Below, one piece after another: positions 1 to 11,543 of a stretch of 64,000 bases of DNA. The position numbers and the translations under genes were made by a program. The DNA is from Squalus acanthias. Its lineage: Eukaryota. Each line of letters opens with the position of its first letter. The stretch's first letter is position 1. The stretch spans positions 248,001 to 312,000 of the forward strand of contig JASTWF010000331.1 in NCBI GenBank assembly GCA_030390025.1, given 5' to 3'. The notes below the pieces were generated by a model that saw only the letters and a list, made by a program, of their open reading frames with translations, had not been told where the DNA came from and searched no databases.

Positions 1-124
1 CACCTGAAATAAATATAGAGCCAGTTTAATGGGGAATAAAGTGAGAGACTCCCCTCCCCTATAAACTAGGAGCACATGGACATTTAAAACTTGTAACGGG
101 ACAGAATAAACTCTATTGCTGCTA

Positions 125-1428
125 TTGACAAACATTCACTATAAGCCCTCTGACTCCCACAGCTACCTGGAATACACTTCCTCCACCCGCTTCCTGTAAG
201 GACGCTGCTCCATTCTCCCAGTCTTTCTGTCTCTGCTGCATCTGCTCTGACAATGCCACGTTCCATACTATTGCTTCCGACATGTCTTCCTTATTCCTCA
301 ACCGAGGATTCCCCTCTGCCGTGGTGACACGGCTCTTGACCGTGTCCATTCTATTTCCCGCACTTCTGCCCTCACCCCTTCCCCTCCCTCCCGGAACCAC
401 GATAGGGTTCCCCTTGTCCTCACCTTTCACCCCAGCAGCCTCCGCATTCAACGGATCATCCTCCGCCATTTCCGCCACCTCCAGCGTGATCCACCACCAA
501 ACACATCTTCCCCTCACCTCCCCTTTCAGCATTCCGAAGGGCCCGCTCCCTCCGCGACACCCTGGTCCACTCCTCTATCACCCCCAACACCACTTCCCCT
601 TCCCACAGCACCTTCCCGTGCAAGCGAAGGAGATGCTACACCTGCCCTTTTACCTCCTCCCTTCCCACTGCCCAGGGCCCCAAACACTCCTTTCAGTTAA
701 AACAGCGATTTACTTGTACTTCTTGCAATTTAGTATACTGTATTCGCTGCTCACGATGCGGTCTCCTCTACATTGGGGAGACCAAACGCAGATTGGGTGA
801 CCGCTTTGTGGAACACCTCCGTTCAGTCTGTAAGTGTTACCCCGAGCTTCTGGTCGCCTATCGCTTTAATTCTCTGCCCCACTCCCACTCTGATCTCTCC
901 ATTCTCGGCCTTTTACACTCTAACAACAAAGTACAACATAAGATCGAGGAACAACACCTCATCTTTCAATTAGGCACTTTACAGCTTTCTGGACTCAACA
1001 TCGAGTTCAACAATTTCAGATTATAAACTCGGCCACTATTTTACTTTTCATTATTATTTTTCCTTTTCCCTTTTTTTCTCTCTCGCATGACAGCTGTTGA
1101 TGATTCTGACATTGCCATTCACACCTCATCTAGATTCATCTTTTGATTTTTAACTTGTCCCATTACCATCTCCTTTTGCTTGCACCATCATCCCTTTTGT
1201 CTTTTAATCTCTCCTGTCTTCCACCCTATCACAGACCTTCCCTTTTGTTCTTTCCTGCCCTCCCCCCACCTTTCCCGGCCCCGACACTTGTTTAAAAATC
1301 TGTTACATCTGTAACTTTTTCCAGTTCTGACGATGGGTCCTCGACCTGAAACATTAACACTGTTTCTCTCTCTATAGATGCTGCCTGACCTGCTGGGTAT
1401 TTCCAGCATTTCCTGTTTTTATTTCAGA
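125..1428 (+). mobile_element. Penelope-like retroelement, degenerate 3' part (RT thumb, GIY-YIG endonuclease, 3' pLTR region)
   Basis: Frameshifted translation gives NIHYKPSDSHSYL, FLNRGFP, NLVYCIRCSRCGLLYIGETKRRLGDRFVEHLRSV (GIY-YIG) and EEQHLIFQLGTLQLSGLNIEF, with a stop at 1026. A pyrimidine-rich 3' region with a hammerhead-like motif follows. Confidence 0.85.
1324..1358 (+). ncRNA. Minimal hammerhead ribozyme-like motif in Penelope pLTR (possibly degenerate)
   Basis: GTT-CTGACGA-T-GGGTC(ctc)GACCT-GAAACATT-AAC: CUGANGA and GAAA cores, a 5-bp stem II and a 3-bp stem I. The stem III palindrome reads ACAT rather than ACGT. Confidence 0.65.
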
Positions 1429-1824
1429 ATAAATTCTCCGTGTTTTATAAAATCCTGGGGGACTGATTTTACAGCAGCAGTTAGCGTTTCACAATATAAC
1501 TCACCCCGAGATATTCTACAGATTAATATAATGCACAGAGTATAAAGTACAGGGAATCACCGCTTCATCATTTAATTCTGGGGAAAATCGCCCCATTCCC
1601 ATAAAATCCGGGAATTAAGGAGCAGCAGAAATGAAACAAGTTTCTCCAAACATGACGAGGCCGGTCACTGAGCTCCAGGAGGGTAATTCTGATCATCAGA
1701 GAATGAGACAGGACTGAGGGACATTTAAAGGCTTCATACAGTTAACACATTATTTAATAAATACATTTACGGACAGTCCCTGAATATAGGGGCGGTTGGA
1801 CAGAGTGAGATACATTCCCAGTGA

Positions 1825-4800
1825 GGGGGGAATTTCGCAAGTGTCAGTGGGCGCGATCAGTGGTGGGTCAATTGGGAAAATGGATTTTTCCCCAGCAGGT
1901 CTGGACCCCGCTGTCAACCCGCCGCCACGCGCCTTTCCCAAATGTCGGGTCTGTCAGCGCTTGGCAGACCCGACACGTAGCGGCAGGGGAGACAATTCAA
2001 GTCATTATGACCTTGTTAACAAAGGATTAACAACTATTTTCAGCTCACCTTCAGTGTTTACCAGGTCGCCCACGTGGTCCAGGCTGCTCGGGGATCACGT
2101 CAGGTAAGCAGGGCGGGAGTTGAAAGGCCATGGAATCATCTCATTACTTGACAGCTGGAAATGTGCCATAAAAGCTCCCATCTCACAGCTGTTCACTTTC
2201 CAAGCACAGACGCTGTTGCTTACTGCATTTGGAAGACAGATTGAGCTTTATGCAGGCTGCAAGTGTTTGGAGCAAACTCTTTATCCAGTGTCCCCCCAAT
2301 GGAACAATCTCTCTCACCAGTGACAGATTGCTTCTGACATCTCAAGTTCACCTGCCATCTATTATATCTCCACATCATGATCTATTATATCAGCACGGGT
2401 ATGGTTTATACTGTCTCACCTTGGGCCTCAGAGTCCCACCACGATCAGCCCCAACACCTGCAGCACCAGGCACACCAGCAGCACCAACAACAATACCAAC
2501 CTGTTCCGCAACTCCTGATGCTGCACAGCACAGAGGGTATCAACACCCGACCACATTGCTGCCCGGGGCACCAGAGATGGCCTCACTTTGGCCAGGTTGT
2601 CTTCACTTGACCCTGTACGCCCTGGATGACACATGATGCGCCAGGTTGGCACCAGCCCACACCAACAACACAAAGCATCCCTACAATGCCCAAACCATTC
2701 CTGTCACACTCAGCAGCATTGCGGGGAGTTCTGTTATGTCTCACCATTCACTGCAACTCACAAAGCCACATCCAAAGGTGCAGACAAATCTGTTGAAAAA
2801 CGGAAAAAGTTGAAAATAAAGATTACAATGTTTGACACCCCATTAGGGAACGGTAGCGTAGTGGTAATGTCACTGGGCTAGTAACTCCAAACCCACAGCA
2901 ATGTGGTTGACTGTTAACTGCCCTCTGAAATGGCCTAGTAAGTAACAGCTATGAAACAAAATGACCATTCGGCACCGGCTACGGACAGGGCAACAGCGCA
3001 CCCAGCCCAGTCAACCCTGCAAAGTCCTCCTCACCAACATCTGGGGACTTCTGCCAAAATTGGGAGAGCTGTCGCACAGACTAGTCAAGCAACAGCCTGA
3101 CAGAATGATACCTTTCAGCCAATGTCCCGAATTTCTCCATCACCATCCCTGGTTATGTCTTGTCCCACCTGCAGAACAGACACACCAGGGGTGGTGGCAC
3201 AGTGGTATACAGTCGGGGGAAGGAGTGTCCCTGGGAGTCCTCAACATTGACTTCGGACCCCATGAAGTCTCATGACTCACGTCAAACATGGGCAAGTAAA
3301 CCTCCTGCTGATTACCACCTACCCCCCACCCTCAGCTGATGAATCAGTACTCCTCCATGTTGAACACCACTTGGAAGTAGCAAGGGCACAGAATGTAATC
3401 TGGGTGGGGGACTTCAATGTCCACCACCAACAGTGGCTCGGTAGCACCACTGCTGGCCAAGTCCTGAAGGATATAACAGCCAGCCAGCCTGCGGCAGGTG
3501 GTGAGGGTAAAACATACTTGACCTTGTCCTCACCACTCTACCTGTCGCAGATGCATCTGTCCGTGGCAGCAGTGACCACCGCACAGTCATTGTGGAGACG
3601 AAGCCATCTTCACACTGAGGACACCCTCCATCGTGTTGTGTGGCACTACCTCCGTGCTAAATGTGATAGATTCAGAACAGATCTAGCAGCTCAAAACTGG
3701 GCATCCATGAGGCGCTGTGGGGCAGCAGCAGAATTGTATTCCGCCAAAATTTGTAACCTCATATCTCTCACTCTAACATTGCCAGCGGACCAACCCTGGT
3801 TCAACAGCGAGTGTAGAAGAGCATGCCAAGAGCGGCACCAGGCGTACCTAAAAAGGAGGTGCCAACATGGGGAAGCTGCAACACAGGACTACATGCATGT
3901 TAAAAGCAGAAGCAGCGTGCTATAGACAGGGCTAAGCGATCCCACCATCAACGGATCAGGTTTAAGGTCTTAAGGTCTGAAGTTCTGCCACATGCAGACG
4001 TGAATGGTCGTGGATCATTAAACAACTAACGGGAGTAGATGGCTCCATGAATATCCCCATCCTCAATGATGGTGGAGCTCAGCACGACAGTGCAAAAGAC
4101 AAGGCTGAAGCGTTTGCAACCATCTTCAGCCAGAAGTGCCGAGTGGATGATCCATATCGGCCTACTCCTGAGGTCCCCAACATCACAGGACCAAGCAGCC
4201 CGCTTGATTGGCACCACATCCACCACATTAATCATTCAATCCCTCCACCACCGGCGCAACTTGGCTGCAGTGTGCACCATCTACATGACGCACTGCAGCA
4301 ACTCGACAAGGCTTCTACGGCAGCACCTCCCAAACCTGTGACCTCTTCCACCTAGAAGGACAAGGGCAGCAGCAGCATGGGAACACCACCACCTGCAAGT
4401 TCCCCTCCAAATCACACACCATCCTGACTTAGAAGTATATCGCCGTTCCTTCATCGTCACTTGGTCAAATTCCTGGAACTCCCTACCTAACAGCACTGTG
4501 GGAGTACCATCACCACACAGACGGCAGCACTTCAAGAAGGTGGCTCACCACCACCTTCTCAAGGTCAACTAGATATGGGCAATAAATGCTGGCATTGCCA
4601 GCGACACCCAGATTCCATAAACTAATAAAAAGAATTAACAGAAGCTTCACATGAACATTGGATAAAACACACAAATGCCTACCCTTGTGTGTTGTTATTT
4701 GGTATGATTGGAGTAGGACGAGGGTGAGTGTGTGGGGTGGCTAGTGAGATGGACATGTGATAATTTAGAGAGAGTGGGATGGGTGGAGGTGCAAGGTAAG

Positions 4801-5420
4801 TTGTGAGTAAGAATGTGCAGGAGTAGAGTAGGGAAGGCAGAGTGATGGGGATATGATCAGTGACACAGCAGAATGAGGTTGAGTGTGGCTTTGCAGTAAC
4901 GTTTTGTGATCTACTGAGATAATTGAAAGGTTTGTACCACTGCAGCCTTATCCTCCCGACTACATCCCTGCTTGAGCCTCACTGTGCAATGTGCAAGCAG
5001 GCTGTGTTGGTCTATTCCGCCCGTTGGAAGTGAAGAGAACCTCCCTGCGTGCTGTGGCTCCCTCCATAACCATATAGAGGGAGTTCTGGGAGAGCCTGGG
5101 TGCAGCCGAGCTCCTCTGTGCCGATGTTGTCAGTGTTTGTAGAACCTCAATACTGTAGAACACTGACATCACAATGGGCAAAATCAATGTGGGCGTCATC
5201 AAATGAGGTCATCAAACCCGCTTCCCCCAATTCTCCAGAGCGAGGCCACGACCCACCACTGACCCCGACCCCACCCGCCCCGGCCCGGCCCCACCCGACC
5301 CCGGCCCGCCCCCGGCCCCAGCTGACCCGCCACCGAACCCGCCAACGACCCCGACCCCCGGCCGCACCCGACCCGCCACCGGCCCCACCCGACCCGCCCA
5401 TGGGGGAAATCGCGGGGGGA
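1825..5420. mobile_element. Degenerate Harbinger/PIF-like DNA transposon in NLR intron, carrying a nested LINE
   Basis: Subterminal inverted match TCAGTGGTGGGTC (1857-1869) / GACCCACCACTGA (5250-5262). Minus-strand remnant AAPRLSQNSLYMVMEGATARREVLF ... SRDVVGRIRLQWYKPFNYLSRS (~4900-5110) resembles the Myb/SANT-like ORF of Harbingers. Ends approximate. Confidence 0.5.
2848..4632 (+). mobile_element. Internally deleted non-LTR retrotransposon (L2/CR1 group) with SINE-like 5' segment
   Basis: AP-endonuclease motifs VLLTNIWGL..LGELSHRLVKQQPD and VGDFNVHH, then PWFNSECRRA and NIPILND..KDKAEAFATIFSQK. The sequence jumps to the C-terminus at ~4188 (RT missing). 3' end GGCAATAAATGCTGGC..A-rich tail; the same 3' end recurs at 46901-47470. 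Confidence 0.8.
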
Positions 5421-5533
5421 AACTGGGTAATTAATGCCCTGAAATACTTTCAGTGATTGCTGTAATATCCGAGAGAGAAAATTTTATCAGATCCGGGCTT
5501 TGATTCAGTTTGTTTCTCTCTGTTTGTGTTTAG

Positions 5534-7119
5534 TCTGAACGAAAATGAACTGGGAGATTCAGGAGTGAAACTCGTGTCTGCGGCTCTGAGGAACCCGGAC
5601 TGTAAAATACAGAAACTGCAGTAAGTACCAGACTGTGTGAGATTTTGTTTATAATAACTGGATGTCTGACACTGAACATTATTATTAGTATCAGTAATAG
5701 TGTTATTAATAAACTCTGGGGATTGACTCTGATTCCTGTTATTTCTCTCTCTGATCCCCAGTCTGCGGACTGTCGGTCTCACAGGTTCTGGTGCCGAGGA
5801 TCTCACCTCCGCTCTCAGTACAAACCGCTCACTGACGTTTCTGAACCTGAGTAATAATAAACTGGGAGATTCAGGAATGAAACTATTGTCTGCGGCTCTG
5901 AGGAACCCGGACTGTAAAATACAGACACTGCAGTAAGTACCAGACTGTGTGAGATTGTGTTTATAATAACTGGATGTCTAACACTGAACATTATTAGTAT
6001 CAGTAATAGTGTTATTAATAAACTCTGGGGATTGACTCTGATTCCTGTTATTTCTCTCTCTGATCCCCAGGCTGGGTGGTGTCGGTCTCACAGATACTTG
6101 TGCCGAGGATCTCGCCTCCGCTCTCAGTACAATCCGCTCACTGACGGATCTGGACCTGAGTAATAATAAACTGGGAGATTCAGGAATGAAACTAGTGTCT
6201 GCGGCTCTGAGGAACCCGGACTGTAAAATACAGAAACTGTTGTAAGTACCAGACTGTGTGAGATTGTGTTTATAATAACTGGATGTCTGACACTGAACAT
6301 TATTATTAGTATCATTAATAGTGTTATTAATACACTCTGGGGATTTACTCTGATTCCTGTTATTTCTCTCTCTGATCCCCAGGCTGGAGTCTGTCGGTCT
6401 CACAGATTCTGGTGCCGAGGATCTCGCCTCCGCTCTCAGTACAAACCGCTCACTGACGGATCTGGACCTGAGTTTCAATGAACTGGGAGATTCAGGAGTG
6501 AAACTACTGTCTGCGGCTCTGAGGAACCCCGCCTGTAAAATACAGAAACTGGAGTAAGTACCAGACTGTGTGAGATTGTGTTTATAATAACTGGATGTCT
6601 GACACTGAACATTATTATTAGTATCATTAATAGTGTTATTAATACACTCTGGGGATTTACTCTGATTCCTGTTATTTCTCTCTCTGATCCCCAGTCTATG
6701 GTCTGTCAGTCTCACAGATTCTTGTGCCGAGGATCTCGCCTCCGCTCTCAGTACAAACCGCTCACTGACGGATCTGAACCTGGCAGTAAACTCCTTCACA
6801 GACCGATCTGTCCCCGCTCTCCGCCGCCTCATACTGACCTGCCGGAGTCTGGAGCAGATCGAGTGAGTGTTTGTGTTAATGTTTAATGTAATAAATAAAA
6901 TATCAATGGGATTCAGTCACTGTGGGTAATATTTGTCTGTAATTATTGTTGAAATATTAACCCCAGTCTCGCGGTTATTTACACTGATGTTCAATCTGTT
7001 TATTTCCTGTTTAATCTTTAATCTGTTTCAGGCTGGTGAACAATCAGTTCAGTTCATCCGGAAACAAACAGCTGGAGTTACTGCAGGAAACAAGACCCGG
7101 ATTGAGAGTGATTGTTTAA
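5534..7119 (+). CDS. NLR-family (NACHT-LRR / NLRP3-like) gene, 3' LRR exons only: 5534-5620, 5762-5932, 6071-6241, 6383-6553, 6695-6862, 7032-7119
   Basis: Canonical AG/GT sites, all introns phase 2, exon sizes 87/171/171/171/168/88. The spliced frame is open to TAA at 7117-7119. Ribonuclease-inhibitor-type LRRs, e.g. LTDLDLSNNKLGDSGMKLVSAALRNPDCKIQKL; ends ...LELLQETRPGLRVIV*. The NACHT exon is not in the window, so NLR identity is inferred from LRR type and exon architecture. Confidence 0.88.
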
Positions 7120-7552
7120 TTTAATTTAACGGTTTCCTGCTCGAGCTGATCGCGTCATCACCCATTGTGATGTCAGAGGGCCAGCCACAGGGTCACGTGA
7201 CTCAGCCGCTGCCAGGCTGCAGCCCTTTCAAAATGGATGTGAGACTGAGTGTGAGTTTCTGCAAATTGCAGAGTCTGGCTGAGTGTGAGTTTCTGCAAAT
7301 TGCAGAATCTGTCTGTATGTCATTTTGGATTTAATCTTCCAACTCGGCAGACGTCCCTCTGCAGGCTGGCCAGGCTGTGAGTTTGTGTGTGACAAGGCAG
7401 GCTGGCAGGCAGTGAGAGAAATCAAGACAACCTGCAGAATAAAACACTGAAAACTGTCTGTTTGCTTTTAAACTCCCAAACAGAGCAGAGCTATGAAAGA
7501 AATCAACTTTCTTTCATTGCTGACAGTGATTTGTGGCGATTTCGCAGGCTGG

Positions 7553-7583
<31 letters not shown>

Positions 7584-9780
7584 AGTGTGTGACAGAGAGA
7601 GAGACAGACAGCAAAAGCTGGTGTGTATGCAGGGCTTGTCTGTGTTCAAGTTATCTGCAGTGTTCATTGGTACTGCAGCTCATGTCTGAAAACAACAGAA
7701 AGTATATACCATTAGATCATACTGATTTAATTCCAGACTGCACTGTGGTGGGATCTTACTTTGCCTTTCATTCAAGAATTTTGTAAAAAGCTAATCTACA
7801 TATATACGTCAAGCCATTTGATATTTTTCTGTACTGGACTTTATTGGGGAATGTTTGTGAAGTGTTTCTTGGCACATCCTGCTGTGGGATCTTACTCTCC
7901 CCTTCAGCCCAACCCAAACAAGGCAAGACATTTGTTAAAAATAAGTATATATTTTATTTTTTTTAAATATTTTCAGAATAATCCATTTGATTTTTTTCTG
8001 GACTGGGCTTTATTGGGGAATGTGCTTGGGATGTTTTCAGAGCAAAAGCTGCAGTGCGATCTTTCCATTCATTTTATTACACTCCAGGCAAACCACAGAC
8101 AGGCAGACATTTAATTAACAGAAGTAAAGTATATATATTATTATTTATTCCTGATTGTATTTACTTCTTTTCACCCTCCCGGGCTTTCATTTCCTCTCGG
8201 GGACCTGGATTTCTTGGGCCTCGGCTTCACATCGTCCTGTTTGATTGTCCTCGTCAAACATGGACGCACAGCCAGGAAGGGACATCATCAAAAATTGACA
8301 CTCCGAGGCTCCACATCTTTCAAAATGGATGTGTGTGTGTGAGTTTCTGCAAATTGCAGAGACTGTGTAATTGTGTCTGTTAGTGAGTGGGTGTCTGTGT
8401 TTCTGCAATTTGTAGAGTGTGTGTGAGTGTGTGTGTCATGATACTGTAAATTTTATATCAATGTGTGTGGGAGGGTGTCTGTGTGTGTGTGAGAGAGACA
8501 GACAGAGAGTCAGTGAGAGGGAGAGAGACATGAAAGCAAAAGGCAAGTAGCAGAATAGAAAGCCTTTTTCTGTAGGCAACAAAGTGAAAAGATAAGATAT
8601 TGAAAAGTGTCTTTTTGGTTTTAATTTTCCAACACGGCAGTCATCCCTCTGCAGGCTGGCTAGGCTGTGAGTGTGTGTGTGAGAGAGAGAGAGAGGGCAA
8701 AAGCTGGTGTTTGTGTGAGATGTGGTTTGCTGTCTCATTACGTGCTGTTGTTGTGTTAAACCCTATTGATTTCATTCTGGCCTGGTCCACATGTAATGCT
8801 GTTGTGTATCACTTCATTGCACTTTATTTCATTTCACTTCAAGACAGACAGACAGTCAGTCAGTCAGATACTGAAAATGTCTTTGTGGACTGTCTGACAA
8901 TAAAAGCTGTCTGGGATCATTGCATTCTTTTTATTCCACTCTACTCAAATCAACACAAGGTAGACAGGCAGGCAGTCTGGCAGGCAATGAGAGAGACAAT
9001 GAAATCAAGACAACATGCAGAATAGAAATAAAAACAAAATGCTGGAAATTCTCAGTATGTTAGGCTGCATCAGTGGAGATACAGAGAAACAGAGTAAATG
9101 TTTCAGCTCGATGACCTTTTCTCAGAACCTTTCCAGAATCTGACAAAAGGTAATCGAGCTGAAACAGTAACTCTGTTTCTCTCTCTCTCACCAATGCTGC
9201 GTTACCTGCTGAGTATTTCCAAAACTTTCTGTTTTTATTTCAGATTTCCCACTTCCACAGGATTTGCATTTGAGGCAGAATAGAAAGCCTGTTTCGGTAG
9301 GCCACAAACTGAAAAGATAAAAGACTGAAAACTGTCTGTTTGCATTTAAACTGCCAAACAGCAGAGTAATGATAGAAATTTACTTTCTTTCATTGCTGAC
9401 AGTGATTTGTGGCAATTTTGCAGGCTGGCCTGTGTGTGTGTGTGTGTGAGAGAGAGAGACAGACAGCAAAAGCTGGTGTGTATGCAGGGCTTGTCTGTGT
9501 TCATGTTATCTGTCGTGTGCATTGTTACTGCAGCTCATGTCTGAAAACAACAGAAAGTATACACCATTAGATCATATTGATTTAATTCCAGACTGCGCTG
9601 TGGTGGGATCTTACTTTGCCATTCTTACAAGATTTTGTAAAAAGCAAATCTACATATATGCATCAAGCCATTTGATATTTTTCTGTACTGGACTTTATTG
9701 GGGAATGTTTGTGAAGTGTTTCATGGCACAGCCTGCTGTGGGATCTTACTCTCCCCTTCAGCCCAACCCAAACAAGACAA

Positions 9781-10125
9781 AAATGAGAAGTCGCACAACA
9801 CCAGGTTATAGTCCAACAGATTTATTTAATTTTACAAGCTTTCGGAGCTGTTCGCTCCTTCCTCAGGTAGAGTAGCAGTGAGAGAATCTCCCAGAATTCA
9901 CAATACAAACACAGAAAAAATCTATTCAAATCTTTCCCTACATCAAAGACACACTAAGAGCACAGCCAAGACAATGAGATGTGTCCCAGGGGGTCCAACG
10001 TGTCAAAACACCTGCTGGCTGCATATCCTGTCTATTTGTGTTGGTTCTTGTGTTAGTCTTTTTAAAAAAAAAACACCTGGAAAGACCGGCCATGATGTCA
10101 AGTCACGTTCTGTATCTGTATCAAG
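9781..10125 (-). mobile_element. 345-bp Penelope pLTR-like insertion with 8-bp TSD
   Basis: Absent from sister units. Flanked by CAAGACAA (9773-9780 / 10126-10133). Contains a hammerhead motif on the minus strand. Confidence 0.75.
9833..9869 (-). ncRNA. Minimal type I hammerhead ribozyme motif
   Basis: Minus strand TAC-CTGAGGA-A-GGAGC(gaaca)GCTCC-GAA-AGCT-T-GTA: intact cores, perfect 5-bp stem II, palindromic AGCU stem III, stem I UAC/GUA. Confidence 0.75.
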
Positions 10126-10800
10126 CAAGACAAGACATTTGTTAAAGAAAAGTATATATTATATTTTATTAATGATTTTCAGAATAATCCATTTGATTTT
10201 TTTCTGGACTGGGCTTTATTGAGGAATGTGCTTGGGATGTTTTCACAGCAAAAGCTGCTGTGCGATCTTTCCATTCATTTTATTTCACTCCAGGCAAACC
10301 ACAGACAGGCAGACATTTAATTACCAGAAGTAAAGTATATATTATTATTATTTATTCCTGATTGTATTTACTTATTTTCTACCTCCCGGGCTTTAATTTC
10401 CTCTCGGGGACCCGGATTTCTGGGGCCTCGGCTTCACTTCTTCCTGTTTATTTGTCCTCATTAAACATGGACGCACAGCCAGGAAGGGACCATCATCAAA
10501 ATTTGACACTCCCAGGCTCCACATCTTTCAAAATGGATGTGTGAGGGTGAGTTTCTGCAAATTTCAGAGACTGTGTGAGTGCCTCTGTATGTGCGTGGGT
10601 GTCTGTGTGTCTGCAAATTGGACAGTCTGTCTGAGTGTGTGTTTCATGTTACTGTAAGTTTTAGTTCAATGTTGTTGGGAGGGAGACTGTATGAGGGACA
10701 GACAGACAGACAGTCAGTGAGAGCGAGAGAGTCATGAAATCAAAAGGCACGTTGCAGAACAGAAAGCCTGTTTCTGTAGGCAACAAAGTGAAAAGATAAG

Positions 10801-11543
10801 GGGCCGAAAATTGATCCCGGGACGCGAGAGTACACACTGCATACTCTCGCGTATTCCCACTCCAATTGCCGGTTTTCTGCATGCCCTGCGCATGCGCTGA
10901 AAACCGGCAATTGCTCTTCCGAAAAGGGGGTGGGGCTTGAGTGCATCGCGTGCGTGCTACAGGCTGCGCGCACGCTGTGCACTTCATGCTGTGGACGCGC
11001 AGGTAAGTAGGGAAGTTTTTGGAAATGTAAAAAGGAGGAGTAAGACCCGCTTTTAAGAAGGTAAGTAGTGAATTAAGTATTTTTTTGAATTTTTTTTTAC
11101 AGGTATATCTTTTTTATAGACTTTAAAGACAGGTAAGTTTATTTTTATAACTTTTTAAAAGATTTTAAATTTTTTCAAAAATTGAATTTTTTATTTAAAA
11201 TGGTTAATTTAATTAACTATACTTATTTTATTAATGTGATGGTTTTTTTTTTAATTTAATTGAGGTTTAGCTGTTATTTTGGGGGGGTGTAAGATTCATA
11301 AGTCTCACAGCTATGCTGTGAGACTTATGAATGGAAGATGGTGTGCTGCCATTGGCTCTAACTGAGTCACGTGATCCCACAGCTCGCACGAATTAACTAC
11401 GCCGCTGGGATACGCAAGCCCAGCACAGCTGATGTCTGGAACATCAAGTTCGTGCGAGCTGGATCAGAAAAAGCATAAGCGAGGTGAGACATCGCGGGGA
11501 AGGCTTACCCCCGCGGGAACAGAGCGAGATCAATTTCTGGGCC
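10801..11543. mobile_element. Non-autonomous DNA transposon (MITE, Harbinger-like 3-bp TSD)
   Basis: TIRs GGGCCGAAAATTGATCCCG / CGAGATCAATTTCTGGGCC, TSD AAG, absent from sister units. An inverted paralog lies at 47475-48216. Confidence 0.88.

Noticed and set aside
1..30. Minus-strand splice acceptor (ATTTATTTCAG|GTG) at the window edge
   Set aside because: Only 3 nt of putative exon are visible; it cannot be supported.
2848..2890. tRNA gene
   Set aside because: Only an A-box-like segment (TAGCGTAGTGG) of a SINE-type head; no cloverleaf.
5978..6832. 284-aa minus-strand ORF and the + strand MFIITGCL ORFs
   Set aside because: Antisense or intron-spanning shadows of the spliced LRR exon-intron repeats.
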